NCBI GenBank assembly: GCA_965243025.1
Contig: CBDETY010000003.1
Location: 6,080,001-6,144,000, forward strand
Origin: Candidatus Latescibacterota bacterium
GTDB taxonomy: Bacteria; Latescibacterota; UBA2968; UBA8231
Length of the DNA: 64,000 nucleotides
Direction: 5' to 3'
The stretch's first letter is position 1, and each line of letters begins with the position of its first letter. Below the pieces are notes generated by a model, which made no database searches, had not been told where the DNA came from, and saw only the letters and a program-made list of their open reading frames with translations. Shown here one piece after another: positions 50,288 to 60,933 of this stretch. A program made the position numbers and the translations under genes.

Positions 50288-51292
50288 CTACAGCTCCTCC
50301 ACTCCTACGAATCTGCCGGTGCCGCGACTTCTGACGGCCGCCTCCACCAGCGCCAGAGTGTGGATCGCGTCAGCATACGGCGAGCGAACCAGCGACCGTT
50401 CCCCTGTTTCGACAGCGCGCAACCAGGCACCGGTCTTGTCCATGCCCAGGCTGTTCTCTTCAGGCACCGGCTCGTCCAACTCCTGCCCATTGAGGTAGCC
50501 GGATATCCGGTTTCGGGTCGCGTTTGCGCGAAGACGCAGGTGGGGGCCGATAACCTCGAGATCAAAGCTGAATCCTTCGGTGCCGCAGTGATTGGCATGG
50601 GTGCCAAAGACACCGTTGTCGAGCGCGTAGGTCATCTGGACGGCGTTCTCGGCGTCGAATTCGGTGCGATTCAGTGCCATGTTCTTGACTGCGAGCGCAT
50701 GCGCCTGAACCGGTTCGGGATTGCCAAGGACGAAACGTCCACAATCGAGCAGGTGGATGGCCTGCTCGGCAACAGGCCCGCCGCTGATCCGCTGTTGCAG
50801 GAACCAGGGCGCCATTTTAAAGCTCAGATAGTAATCGACTGTACAGACGGTCTGGATGAGATGGACCGTCTCCCTGGCCAACAGATCCTTCAGCCTCTCG
50901 TAGAGCGGGGCGTAACGCAATTGAAAACCAACCGCGGCAATAACCCCGGCTCTTTCGATCTGCTCCAGGCATGCCCGTCCCTCATCCATGTTCAGCGCCG
51001 GCGGCTTTTCGATCAGCAGATGGATACCCCGTTCACAAGCCATGCGCACCGGTTGAAGGCGTACAGGAGGGGGCGCAGCGATGACTACGCCATCGATGTG
51101 GTGCTCGAAAAATGCGTGGAGTTCATCAGTGGCGGTCTCTGCACCGCTTTCCGTCGCCAGCTGCTGTGCAGCTTTCAGGCGAGTGCTGTGAACCGCGGCG
51201 ACCTGCGCTCCGCAGGCGGCAACCGCCCGCCCATGCGCACGTCCCATGTTGCCGGCACCAACAATTCCGATTCTCAAGCCATTCCGGTTCAT
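50288..51292 (-). CDS. Gfo/Idh/MocA family oxidoreductase
   Basis: RIGIVGAGNMGRAH, LIEKP, VGFQLRY, SGGP..EQ.IH.LD. Confidence 0.92.
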   Translation of the reverse strand: MNRNGLRIGIVGAGNMGRAHGRAVAACGAQVAAVHSTRLKAAQQLATESGAETATDELHAFFEHHIDGVVIAAPPPVRLQPVRMACERGIHLLIEKPPALNMDEGRACLEQIERAGVIAAVGFQLRYAPLYERLKDLLARETVHLIQTVCTVDYYLSFKMAPWFLQQRISGGPVAEQAIHLLDCGRFVLGNPEPVQAHALAVKNMALNRTEFDAENAVQMTYALDNGVFGTHANHCGTEGFSFDLEVIGPHLRLRANATRNRISGYLNGQELDEPVPEENSLGMDKTGAWLRAVETGERSLVRSPYADAIHTLALVEAAVRSRGTGRFVGVEEL

Positions 51293-51379
51293 TGACGGCT
51301 CTCGTATGATTTGATCGATGGGCAGCAGGCGAACTGCAGCCATCCGGCCCAACAGCACCGACCTGCTGATTCCCTGCCT

Positions 51380-52549
51380 TCATACCGTCACGATAGTCCT
51401 CGCCTCGATCTGCGCCCAGTCTATCTCCCGCCCCAACCCGGGCGTCTGCGGCACGTACATATAGCCGTCCCTGACCTGGGTAGTTTCCCGTATCAGGCCG
51501 GCGAATGCCGCCGAAATCGACCGGTCAGCGGCGGTCGGCGGCCATGCCCCCACTTCCCACCAGTCGTCGTTGCGGATCGCCGCCACGACCTGCGCCCCTC
51601 CACCGTGGACGTTCAGTCCGAACATCTCCGCGAGATTGGCGAGCTTCACCTTGCCGGTGATCCCGAGCCCGGTGTTGCGCACGATATCGATCGCCCCGGC
51701 CACGAGATAGGGGGTCGCCAGGTAGGGGTTCCCCTGTATCGATTCGAGCGCCATCACCGGCAGGTCGACCGCGTCGGAAAGTCGTTTCAGCCCGTTGATG
51801 TCGAACTCCTGCAGGGGCTCTTCGATCCATATGTAACCCAGCTCCTCCAACCCGCGCGACACTTTGATGGCATCTTCGACGCTGTATTGCTGGACGGGAT
51901 CGTGCATCAATGCCATGCCGTCGCCGACCAGGCTGCGGATGTCCCTGGCGAGGGCGAGGTTTGTTTCGACGCCCAGCATCGAGTGGTCCTTGAACCCCTT
52001 GTACCCCTCGTCCACTGCCCGTTGAGCCGACTTCAGCGTGTCTTCGTAGGGGATGCCCGTTTCGGTGAGATAGGCCGGGACACGGTCGCGAAATCCCCCG
52101 AGCAGCTTGTGGACGGGCAGCCTGGCGTGGAGCCCCGCCAGGTCCCACAAAAGCGTGTCGATCAAAGCGAGAGGGTCTGTCGACGCCATATGAAAGTAGC
52201 GGCGGGCCATCCACATCTTGTGCCACATGTACTCGCGGTTCAGCGCATCCTGCCCGACGAGCTCCCGCTCCCACTGGAGCTTGAACGTGCGCGCCTTCCA
52301 CTCGAGATCCTCTTTTCCCCAACCGGAGGCGAAGGATCCGACGGTCTCGAGATTCGCATCGGTCCGGATCCGCAGCAGACAGGTGTAGGCCGGCCTGGGC
52401 TCCAGGCGGATCCCGTCTCCGCTGAACAGCCGGTGCCCGAACCGCACCCTGGTCGACCCCGGATACTCCCGCATGGTCCGCAGCGGACGCCACTCCGGTT
52501 CGACGGGATCGCTTTCGAGGATCTGGAAGTCGATCGATTCGATTTTCAT
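51380..52549 (-). CDS. Mandelate racemase/muconate lactonizing enzyme family protein
   Basis: IDTLLWDLAG..A.LPVHKLLGG.RDRVPAY, GFKDH, MHDP, EEP, LES, PGLG.EIDW. Confidence 0.9.
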   Translation of the reverse strand: MKIESIDFQILESDPVEPEWRPLRTMREYPGSTRVRFGHRLFSGDGIRLEPRPAYTCLLRIRTDANLETVGSFASGWGKEDLEWKARTFKLQWERELVGQDALNREYMWHKMWMARRYFHMASTDPLALIDTLLWDLAGLHARLPVHKLLGGFRDRVPAYLTETGIPYEDTLKSAQRAVDEGYKGFKDHSMLGVETNLALARDIRSLVGDGMALMHDPVQQYSVEDAIKVSRGLEELGYIWIEEPLQEFDINGLKRLSDAVDLPVMALESIQGNPYLATPYLVAGAIDIVRNTGLGITGKVKLANLAEMFGLNVHGGGAQVVAAIRNDDWWEVGAWPPTAADRSISAAFAGLIRETTQVRDGYMYVPQTPGLGREIDWAQIEARTIVTV

Positions 52550-52570
52550 GGGGGTGCCTCCTCGCAGACA

Positions 52571-52797
52571 CTAGTGTCCCGTCGCAGAGATAGATTGACA
52601 AAATTGGGATGCCGAGGCGCCCGGCTCACAAGGCGCCTGAGCGAGTCGTACCGAGGGCGTACGGGGAGCGAAGGCAACGCCGTGAGCCGGGATTGAGGGG
52701 AAAAATCGCACCGGATGAGGGTTTCATAAAACCGCGATTTTTCCCCTCAAATGGATCGGCGTCCCGATGTCGAGATATTTCTGCGACGGGACACTAG
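52571..52797 (+). mobile_element. 227-bp MITE-like element with 22-bp terminal inverted repeats (CTAG ends)
   Basis: CTAGTGTCCCGTCGCAGAGATA / TATTTCTGCGACGGGACACTAG (21/22 match); internal perfect 10-bp and 17-bp stems; related copies at 58030 and 9086. Confidence 0.8.
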
Positions 52798-54761
52798 AAA
52801 TCCATCGCTATTTGATTGCCCGTCATCCCGGTGAAATAGTCCACTATGAGCCAGAATCCCCCGGCGACGAACTGGCCCAGGATCAACCCGTAGAAAAGGG
52901 GGATGAGCGAGCGGTACCCTCTGAGGCCGCCATACTTCAGAAGGACCGACTTGATCGACCACGCCACGAAGACCGGAAACCAGGCCGTGTCCATAACCCT
53001 GTCCATGCTGACCACGAAACCGAGAGGATGCAACGGCCACCACAGAAAGCGGCGCTGCAGGATCAGCAGGCCAGCCATCACTCCCCCTCCGGTCAGCCGG
53101 ATGAGCCAGCCCAGCCCGTTCGGTCCCGCGTTCTCGTCGATCCTGCGCCCCACGTACTCCCAGGTGTACTGGGGCAGATAGCGCGAGGGACCATCCACAT
53201 TGATGCTCCCCTCCCGGTAGGCTATCGACATCGACATCCAGAACGTGCTGACCGCGGAAACCCCGATGGCGATGGCGATCGCCAGCAGCAACCAGCGCTT
53301 GCGATGCGCGATCTCCCCGGTCAGCTTCAGTCCCGTGGCGGTATGCGCCATCATCGTGCTCGCCAGGGATTCCGTCCAGATCACCGTCGGACCCAGCGCC
53401 GCTATCCCGGCAGGCCCTATGAACCGCGCCCCGATCCCGGAGATCACGAAGTCCAGGGGGATATTGCGGGGAAACACCATCGGCAATCCCGCCTCGGCGA
53501 TGATGCGCGTCAGGCTGATGAAGGTCACGAGCGCCCCGAACAGGAACAGCGGCCCCACCCACAGGGGGAGGCCCGCCCGCCACAGCCAAACGCACATCCA
53601 GGCCACTCCGAGGATCACCCCCCAGACGGCGGTGCGGTAGGACATGATCTCGTCGGAATCGTCCACCGACGGGTCCCCCCTGAACGCCTTGCGGAACACC
53701 TCCCGCAGGTGCCCCCGGGCGATCCAGAGCCCGAAGAGCACCAGGGAGATCATCGCACCTATGCTCTGATGCGCCAGCAACCCGGTTACGCCGCCGCCGC
53801 CGCCATAGTTGGAAAGGGATTCCCCGATGCCCTGCCCCGTGAAGGTCAGCACACCCTCCTCCAGGCGCCGCAGCAGAGTGAATACCCACATCCCCAACAT
53901 CACGTCCGGTTTGAGGAAATACGCAAACCCCAGGATCATCAGGTTCAGCGAGAAGCCCGCACTCGCGGCGCCCCGCAACAGGGTCACGTGCCCGAGGTGT
54001 CTCGGAACCACGGGAACGAAGGGGTAGTAATGGTTCAGGGCATTCAGGCTCTCGCGGCCGAACGTCAGCAGCAGTCCCACCCACATCAGGGGGCTCCTGA
54101 AGAAAGGCGCCACCAGCGAACCGCCGGATGGCGGCTCTGCCATCGCCAGGGGGACCTTGGTGATCGGGTAGATCAGATGTTCGTGCTCGACCCACTGGCG
54201 GCGGAGAATCACCATCGTGCAAATGCTCGTCATCCACAACGCGGTCATGAACACGAACCACCAGAACAGCGGCGGCAACCAGACACCCCAGGGAATGGAC
54301 TCGCCAGCCGGCAGCCCTTCGAAGAACCAACGGATACCCGTCTCGTCGCGAGGGACCATCCAGTCCGCCACGTAGGGATGGACCCGATCCGCCCAGCCGT
54401 TCTCCGGCGTCGCCAGGTAAGACACCCCGGCAGCGGACCCCAGCAGCATGAAGCAGAATCCGTTGCGCTCTCCCCCCGAGAAAGCCGTGGCGACGACCAT
54501 CATGATGTAAATGGTCAACAGCTCCCCCTTGCCCAGGACCAGCCTGCGGTGAATGACCCCCAACAGTACCTGGACAACGCCCACCCACAGGAAGAACAGG
54601 AAGAAGGCGGCAGGGCCGTTCAACGAGCTCAGATGGCTGCCCATGACGACACGCGCGCCGTAGGGCTCGCCCACACCGATCAACAGACTCAGCCCCGCGC
54701 CGATGACCAGCGAGCGCGGCGTCACCCCCGGCGCCGACCGCTTCTGTGTTCCCCCTGACAA
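52794..54761 (-). CDS. DUF6785/DUF6784-type polytopic membrane protein, copy 2
   Basis: Same length (655 aa), same TTG start and long identical blocks with 41984-43951. Confidence 0.85.
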   Translation of the reverse strand: MSGGTQKRSAPGVTPRSLVIGAGLSLLIGVGEPYGARVVMGSHLSSLNGPAAFFLFFLWVGVVQVLLGVIHRRLVLGKGELLTIYIMMVVATAFSGGERNGFCFMLLGSAAGVSYLATPENGWADRVHPYVADWMVPRDETGIRWFFEGLPAGESIPWGVWLPPLFWWFVFMTALWMTSICTMVILRRQWVEHEHLIYPITKVPLAMAEPPSGGSLVAPFFRSPLMWVGLLLTFGRESLNALNHYYPFVPVVPRHLGHVTLLRGAASAGFSLNLMILGFAYFLKPDVMLGMWVFTLLRRLEEGVLTFTGQGIGESLSNYGGGGGVTGLLAHQSIGAMISLVLFGLWIARGHLREVFRKAFRGDPSVDDSDEIMSYRTAVWGVILGVAWMCVWLWRAGLPLWVGPLFLFGALVTFISLTRIIAEAGLPMVFPRNIPLDFVISGIGARFIGPAGIAALGPTVIWTESLASTMMAHTATGLKLTGEIAHRKRWLLLAIAIAIGVSAVSTFWMSMSIAYREGSINVDGPSRYLPQYTWEYVGRRIDENAGPNGLGWLIRLTGGGVMAGLLILQRRFLWWPLHPLGFVVSMDRVMDTAWFPVFVAWSIKSVLLKYGGLRGYRSLIPLFYGLILGQFVAGGFWLIVDYFTGMTGNQIAMDF

Positions 54762-54949
54762 ACTCAGTGGTCTCCTCCCCGACCTCGAGCGCGGCTCATC
54801 AACAGGCTGTCAGCCGGCAGGTGCAACAGGCTGGCTGGCGGCGCTTTTGTCCATCAGAAGCTGTGGTTCGGGCTGTCAAATCTGTGTACCATTTCTTCCG
54901 CCTGCGAGGTCGTCCGATTCTTCAGGCATTGAGGAAAGAACCCGGAGCG

Positions 54950-56353
54950 ATGGACGAGCGACGTATGAGGAGCCCGCCGGTGGAGCGCTGGGCGCTCTGC
55001 TGGCTCCTGGCGTGCTGCAGTTGCGGGGATCAGCCCGCGCTTCCGGAGCTCGCGATTCCCCGGAATCTCGATGCCGAGATCCGTTCCCTGGTGGATGATC
55101 ACCTCGAGAGGGTGCGAGCCGACCCATCCGATGCGGAGCGGTTGGGGCAACTCGGCCTGGTTTTCGAGGCGAACGCCCTCTGGCAACAGGCCCGTCAGTG
55201 TTTCGAAGCGGCGGCGCTGCTCGCCCCCCGGGAACCCGTCTGGGCGTACCATGCCGCCCGCGCCACGCAGAAGAAAGGCGATTTCGACGGGGCCGCAGCG
55301 GCCATGCATGCGGTGGTGAAGAGATTTCCGGGCTTCGCTCCCGCCCAGCACCATCTCGGGGACCTGCTGATCGAGTCCGGCGACATCGATGGGGCGGATG
55401 CGGCGTTCCGGCGCGCCGCAGCGCTGCGGGGGAAGTCCCCGGAGGGTCACGTCGGTCTCGGCCGCGTCGCTCTCGAGCGTCGCGACTATGCCGCCGCCAT
55501 CACGGCTCTGGAGCACGCCCTCTCCCTCCAACCGGACCATAAAATGGCGGCGTTTCTCGTCGGGCGCGCCTACCGGCGCGTCGGCCGCACCGAGGATGCC
55601 GACCGCGCCCAGGCCCGGGGCGAGAATGCGGAGAAGTCCTACATACCCGACCGCACGAGCAGCGACCTGAAACGCTACTCCCGCGGCTACAGCACGCGGC
55701 TCGATAACGCGGTGGGACTCCTCCGCGCCGGCAAACCCGCGGACGCCATCGCCGTCCTGGAGAGGATGTACCGGGAGCGGCCGCAGGACCTGATGGTCAT
55801 GAACAACCTCGCGGTGGCCTACCGCCGGGTTAACCGCGCTCGAGAGGCCCTCGCCATCCTCGATGCGGGCCTCGAGTTTCACCCGGGAGCGTTCGGGATT
55901 TACATCAACAAGGCGGATTGCCTCTCCTCGCTGAAGCTGTATCCGCAGGCACTCGCAGCCGCGGACGCCGCCATCGACAGGGCGCCCCAGGTCGCGCAAG
56001 CTCACTTCGAGCGCGGCAAGGCGCTCCTGTTCATGGGAGAGTCCGCCCAGGCGCGCGCGTCTCTGGAAACCGCCATCGGTCTCGACAACAGCCGCCCCGG
56101 TTTCCACCAGTTTCTCGCCCAGGCGTGCCTCCGGCTCGAGGACCGCACCGGGGCTCGAGCCGCACTCGAAGAGCTTCTCCGGCTCACTCCGCAAAATTAC
56201 ACCGTCCCCATCAACGTCAGCCTCGGGACTCTCTGCGTGGATCTCGAGGACTGGACGTGTGCGAAGCGGGCCCTCGAGGCGGCGCGCAAACTCATGCCGA
56301 ATCACAGAGCCGTGAAGCAACTCGGGCAGTACTACCGGCAGCGGAAACCGTGA
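54950..56353 (+). CDS. Exported TPR-repeat protein (possible lipoprotein)
   Basis: LLACCSC N-terminus; many TPR units; stop overlaps the next start (TGATG). Confidence 0.85.
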   Translation: MDERRMRSPPVERWALCWLLACCSCGDQPALPELAIPRNLDAEIRSLVDDHLERVRADPSDAERLGQLGLVFEANALWQQARQCFEAAALLAPREPVWAYHAARATQKKGDFDGAAAAMHAVVKRFPGFAPAQHHLGDLLIESGDIDGADAAFRRAAALRGKSPEGHVGLGRVALERRDYAAAITALEHALSLQPDHKMAAFLVGRAYRRVGRTEDADRAQARGENAEKSYIPDRTSSDLKRYSRGYSTRLDNAVGLLRAGKPADAIAVLERMYRERPQDLMVMNNLAVAYRRVNRAREALAILDAGLEFHPGAFGIYINKADCLSSLKLYPQALAAADAAIDRAPQVAQAHFERGKALLFMGESAQARASLETAIGLDNSRPGFHQFLAQACLRLEDRTGARAALEELLRLTPQNYTVPINVSLGTLCVDLEDWTCAKRALEAARKLMPNHRAVKQLGQYYRQRKP

Positions 56354-58032
56354 TGCGGGCGCGGAGAGTGTCCGCCGCCGCCGTTCTGTTCGTCGCCAGC
56401 CTCGGCTGTGAGGAGCCGACGCCGACCACCACGGGCACGAACGGGACCCCCGGGCCCGGCGGATCTCCGTGGTTCGAGGACCGGACCGCGGGGTCGGGAA
56501 TCGATTTCCTCCACACGTCCGGCAAGAAGCGGTTCTGGTACCCGGAGATCTTCGCCGGCGGCGTTCTCCTCCTCGATTACGACGGGGACGGGCTCCTCGA
56601 CGTCTACCTGGTGCAGGGCGGCGAGATCGCCGCGGAGGGAGGAGATTCGCCGGGGAACCGCCTGTACCGGAACCTCGGGGACTTTCGCTTCCAGGATGTA
56701 ACCGGGAGCGCCGGGGTCGGAGACAGGGGCTATGGCATGGGCGGCACCGTGGCGGACTACGACGGCGACGGAGACACCGACATCTACGTCACCAACCTCG
56801 GGGCGAACGTCCTCTACCGCAACGAGGGCAACGGCCGGTTCACGGACGTCACCGCCGCCGCCGGAGTCGGCGATGTGAACTGGAGCGCGAGCAGCGTCTT
56901 CTTCGACGCCGACCGCGACGGAGACCTGGACCTCTACGTAGCGGACTATCTGCGCTGGTCGATCGCTACCGACGTCGAGTGTTTCTCCGGATCGGGGCGG
57001 CGGGTCTACTGCAACCCGAACAACTTCCAGGCGTCGCAGCCTGACGTGCTCTACCGCAACGACGGCGGCGGGCGCTTCACCGACATCAGCGCCGAGGCCG
57101 GCATCCACGAGGCGCGCGGCAACGGACTCGGCGTCGTCGCCGGGGATTTCGGGGGCGACGACCGCATCGATCTCTACGTCGCCAACGACGGCATGGCCAA
57201 CCAGCTGTGGATCAACCAGGGCGGTCTGAAGTTCGTCGACGAGGGACTCTCCTCGGGAACGGCATTCAACGCCGTCGGCGAGGCGGAGGCCGGTATGGGT
57301 ATCGCCGCCACGGATGTCGACAGCGACGGGGATCTCGACCTGTTCGTCTCACACCTGAGGGAAGAAACCAACACCTTCTATCTCCGGGATACCGGCCGCT
57401 TTTTCGAGGATATAACGAATCGCACCGGGCTCGGCTCGACGAGCTACGAGTTCACCGGGTTCGGGCTCGGCATCATCGACTTCGACCACGACGGCCTCCT
57501 CGACATCTACGTGGCGAACGGCCGGGTCAACTACTGGGATCCGACCAACGACCCCGAGGACATCTACGCGGAATCGAATCAACTCTTCCGCGGAGTCGGT
57601 GTTCTCAGATTCGAGGAAGTCGTTCCCCGGGGAGGCACCGCCGCACCGATCGTCGAGACCAGCCGCGCCGCTGCTTTCGGAGACCTCGACAACGACGGCG
57701 CCGTCGACATCGTCGTCGGCAACCGCGATGCGAAAGCCACGGTTTTGCGCAACACCGCCGGTTCAGGGGGACATTGGGTGCAGTTCGCCGTCCGCGACCG
57801 CGATGGGCGGTATGCCCTGCACGCCCGGTTGCGCATCGATGCCGGCGGCGTGTCGCGCTGGCGGCGCGTGGAGCGGGGGTACAGCTACTGCGCCAGCAAC
57901 GACCCCCGCGTCCACTGCGGGTTGGGACCGGCGGCTGCGGTAGACGCTGTCACGGTGTACTGGAACGACGGGGCGACGAGCGAATTCGGACCCTTCGAAG
58001 TCGATCGGGTTCACGTGCTGCAGCGAAAATAG
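56353..58032 (+). CDS. CRTAC1-family protein (FG-GAP repeats + ASPIC/UnbV)
   Basis: SLGC lipobox; F.D.T..SGIDF.H, DYDGDG, EAGMG, SRAAAFGDLDNDG, SY....DPRVHCGLG. Confidence 0.92.
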   Translation: MRARRVSAAAVLFVASLGCEEPTPTTTGTNGTPGPGGSPWFEDRTAGSGIDFLHTSGKKRFWYPEIFAGGVLLLDYDGDGLLDVYLVQGGEIAAEGGDSPGNRLYRNLGDFRFQDVTGSAGVGDRGYGMGGTVADYDGDGDTDIYVTNLGANVLYRNEGNGRFTDVTAAAGVGDVNWSASSVFFDADRDGDLDLYVADYLRWSIATDVECFSGSGRRVYCNPNNFQASQPDVLYRNDGGGRFTDISAEAGIHEARGNGLGVVAGDFGGDDRIDLYVANDGMANQLWINQGGLKFVDEGLSSGTAFNAVGEAEAGMGIAATDVDSDGDLDLFVSHLREETNTFYLRDTGRFFEDITNRTGLGSTSYEFTGFGLGIIDFDHDGLLDIYVANGRVNYWDPTNDPEDIYAESNQLFRGVGVLRFEEVVPRGGTAAPIVETSRAAAFGDLDNDGAVDIVVGNRDAKATVLRNTAGSGGHWVQFAVRDRDGRYALHARLRIDAGGVSRWRRVERGYSYCASNDPRVHCGLGPAAAVDAVTVYWNDGATSEFGPFEVDRVHVLQRK

Positions 58033-58247
58033 GGTTCTGTCCCATCGACATCCGCAATTCTCCCGCCGATCCACTTGAGGGGAAGGATCGCGGTTTAATG
58101 GAATTCTCATCCGGTGCGATTTTTTCGCTCAATCCCGGCTAAGGGCGTTGTCTTCGCTCTCGCCGTACACCGTCGGTACGACTCGCTCAGGCGCCTTGTG
58201 AGCCGGGCGCCTCGGCATCCCAATTTTGTCAATCTATCTCTGCCTAG
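58030..58247 (-). repeat. Second, diverged and inverted copy of the MITE-like element
   Basis: Reverse complement reads GCAGAGATAGATTGACAAAATTGGGATGCCGAGGCGCCCGGCTCACAAGGCGCCTGAGCGAGTCGTACCGA, identical to 52584 onward. Bounded by the CRTAC1 TAG stop and by CTAG. Confidence 0.85.
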
Positions 58248-58277
58248 TACCTCACGGCACAGGTATTCCAGACATTC

Positions 58278-60875
58278 ATGGTATATCTGATTTTTTTCAT
58301 TTCCGGTATAAGCGGCCTCATCTACCAGGTCATATGGATCCGGCAGTTTGGACTGGTTTTTGGAAATACCATCTACTCGTCCTCGATCGTTATCGGCGTT
58401 TTCATGCTGGGCCTCGGGCTCGGGAGCTGGGTCATCGGTTCCTTTTCCGACGGCAAGTACCGCCGGAGTCCCGCAACAGCATTGAAGCTTTACGCGGTTT
58501 CCGAGGTTTTGATAGCAGCTCTGGGCCTTGGCATAGCATTTTTGCTGGTCCACCTGGAAGGCATATCGAGCGCAATCACATCCTATCGCACCGGGGAACA
58601 CGGTTGGCACTACATCACTTTCTCATCCTACCTGGTAAGGTATGTCATCGCCGTCTTCACCATTTTTCCGATTACCTTCCTTATGGGAGGAACCCTGACC
58701 CTTCTGATCCGCTACCTGGTGAGGGCCAATCTTTCCAGCGCCGGGTGGCGCATCGGCCTGCTTTATGGATTGAATACAGCCGGTGCAGCCCTGGGCTGCA
58801 TCCTGGTCGATTTCTTTGCCATCCCCAACTTCGGCCTGTTTCAGGCCCAGGTCATGGCGGTCCTGCTCAATCTGCTCGCGGCTGTCGGCGCCTTTCGGAT
58901 ATTGAACACCGAAGGACGCAAGCCCCGCTTGGATCCAACCCCCGTTGCTCAGGACAACCACACAGCCCGGGATGTCCACAATCGGCGGTTCGGACTTGTC
59001 ATTCTGGCGATTGCCCTGTCCGGCTTTGCGGCAATGGGAATGGAAATCGCATGGATTCGCTTCCTGACCAGCGCTGTCGGGCACCTGCGCTCCGTGTATT
59101 CAATTCTGCTGATGGCGATACTGGTCGGAATATGGATCGGATCTGTGGGCGGAGGGTATCTTGCACGATTCTTCAGGCGGCCCGCCGATCTGTACATACT
59201 TTCACAGCTGTTGTTTGCAATAACCTGCCTGACTGCTTTTCTGGTTTTCAACGAACATGGCCTGTACACGTTCGACAAACCCCCCAACCCTCTGGAGCTG
59301 AGTGCTTTTTCAGGTACACTCCTCAATATCTGGGTTATACTGCACCCGACCCTGGTTTTGATATTCGTCCCATCGGTTTTGATGGGATTCGCGTTTCCCC
59401 TCGCCAACGCCATCGTTCAGACGAGTGAGCACACGGTCGGCAGAAGAGCGGGAATCCTCTATCTGGCCAACACCCTCGGTGCGCTGGGAGGAAGCCTGCT
59501 GTGCGGTTTTGTTCTTTTGCCTCTCCTGGGACTGAAATGGAGCATCGCAACACTCCTGACGGTTGCTCTTCTGGCCACGATCCCTCTTCTCCTGCTCTCC
59601 AGATTTCAGGCAAGGACGACAGAGAACGGAAGCAGGCTTCACAAGCCCGTCTTCGCCGTTGTTTCCCTGGTGCTGCTCGCCGGGCTGACACAATGGTTTC
59701 TGCTGCCTGCGAACGAACTTCTGCACACAGGCTCCTGGACCAGGAAAGGCAAATCGATTTTTCAGGGTTCCCGCGTCGTTGAAACCAGCGAAGGAATCCT
59801 CGAAACGATCGTCATACTGGAGTTGCCCGAAAATGAAAAAACATTGATAACCAACGGACACCGGATGTCCAGCACCTTCTGGCAGGCCCAGCGTTACATG
59901 AGGGCTTTTTCGCATATTCCGCTGCTTCACCTGAGCGACCCCACGGACGCTCTGGTGATCTGCTTCGGCGCCGGCAACACGGCCCATGCGGCGGCCCTGC
60001 ATCCTTCGTTGACCGACATAGAGGTGGTCGATCTGTCCGGGCATATTCTCGAACACGCAGGCTATTTCAGAGAAGCCAATCGAGATGTCCTCGGAGATCC
60101 CCGGGTTTCGGTGTTCGTCAACGACGGGCGGCAGCATTTGAGGATGCAAAAGAACGACCGGTACGACCTGGTCACCCTGGAACCCCCGCCAATCAAGCAG
60201 GCAGGCATTGCCTCCCTGTACTCCCGGGACTTTTACGAGCTGGTCAGAAGCCGCCTGAAATCCGGGGGATTCCTGACGCAGTGGCTGCCGCTGACGCAAC
60301 AGCCCGCGCCGATCGTCAAATCGATGATCCGCTCTTTCATCGATGTGTTTCCCAATACCATAATGCTTTCGGGTGCCAGGACAGAGTGCATTCTGGTCGG
60401 GCGGAAAGACGCGGAAATTGTCCTCGATCCCGTTTCGGCAGAGAGGAAATTGATTCAAAGCTCCCAGTTGCAGGAAGACCTTGTGAGAATACGGATCAAT
60501 TCTCTTGTCGACGTCGCCGGCATGTTCCTGTCCGACTACCGGACCCTGTCGAGTGCGGTCAAAGACCACGAGCCGGTTACCGATGATTTTCCGATCATGG
60601 AATACGGCATGATCTTTTTTCATGACCCAACCCCTGCAATCGACCTGATGAATCCCGCGAGAGCCCGATCGTGGTGCCCAGACTGCTACGAAAACGGAAA
60701 TCCCGCCCCGGAGTTCGGGGACCTCGATTTCTATCTGCGTCTGATACAGACTGTATTCACGGAAAAAGCCAAAGGCCCGGAAGCACCGGGTTCGAGGCTG
60801 CGAATTGACGATCCGAACCTTATCAGAACCATCGAACGCCACCCGTTTCTGAAATCCCTATTTTCAAAGGCATAA
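58278..60875 (+). CDS. Membrane (MFS-like) / spermidine-synthase-like SAM-binding fusion protein
   Basis: SG.SGLIYQV.W.R....FGN, LYGLNT.GA repeated twice; LVICFGAGNT, VVDL, NDGRQHL, LEPP, QWLP. Confidence 0.9.
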   Translation: MVYLIFFISGISGLIYQVIWIRQFGLVFGNTIYSSSIVIGVFMLGLGLGSWVIGSFSDGKYRRSPATALKLYAVSEVLIAALGLGIAFLLVHLEGISSAITSYRTGEHGWHYITFSSYLVRYVIAVFTIFPITFLMGGTLTLLIRYLVRANLSSAGWRIGLLYGLNTAGAALGCILVDFFAIPNFGLFQAQVMAVLLNLLAAVGAFRILNTEGRKPRLDPTPVAQDNHTARDVHNRRFGLVILAIALSGFAAMGMEIAWIRFLTSAVGHLRSVYSILLMAILVGIWIGSVGGGYLARFFRRPADLYILSQLLFAITCLTAFLVFNEHGLYTFDKPPNPLELSAFSGTLLNIWVILHPTLVLIFVPSVLMGFAFPLANAIVQTSEHTVGRRAGILYLANTLGALGGSLLCGFVLLPLLGLKWSIATLLTVALLATIPLLLLSRFQARTTENGSRLHKPVFAVVSLVLLAGLTQWFLLPANELLHTGSWTRKGKSIFQGSRVVETSEGILETIVILELPENEKTLITNGHRMSSTFWQAQRYMRAFSHIPLLHLSDPTDALVICFGAGNTAHAAALHPSLTDIEVVDLSGHILEHAGYFREANRDVLGDPRVSVFVNDGRQHLRMQKNDRYDLVTLEPPPIKQAGIASLYSRDFYELVRSRLKSGGFLTQWLPLTQQPAPIVKSMIRSFIDVFPNTIMLSGARTECILVGRKDAEIVLDPVSAERKLIQSSQLQEDLVRIRINSLVDVAGMFLSDYRTLSSAVKDHEPVTDDFPIMEYGMIFFHDPTPAIDLMNPARARSWCPDCYENGNPAPEFGDLDFYLRLIQTVFTEKAKGPEAPGSRLRIDDPNLIRTIERHPFLKSLFSKA

Positions 60876-60933
60876 ACTCGCTCTTTGTCCCGATCCCCGA
60901 TGCATCCCCGCGGTCGGCAGTGAAGGCTTGTAC

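Noticed and set aside
52595-52600. TTGACA -35 box inside the repeat element
   Set aside because: No -10-like hexamer at 16-18 bp spacing.
54800-54833. CAACAGGCTG direct repeat resembling IS-end scars
   Set aside because: Only 10 bp, with no partner inverted repeat or transposase.
58107-58610. ORFs sharing the peptide RDRLTKLGCRGARLTRRLSESYR (also in 51311-52696)
   Set aside because: Translation of the repeated MITE-like DNA, not a protein family.
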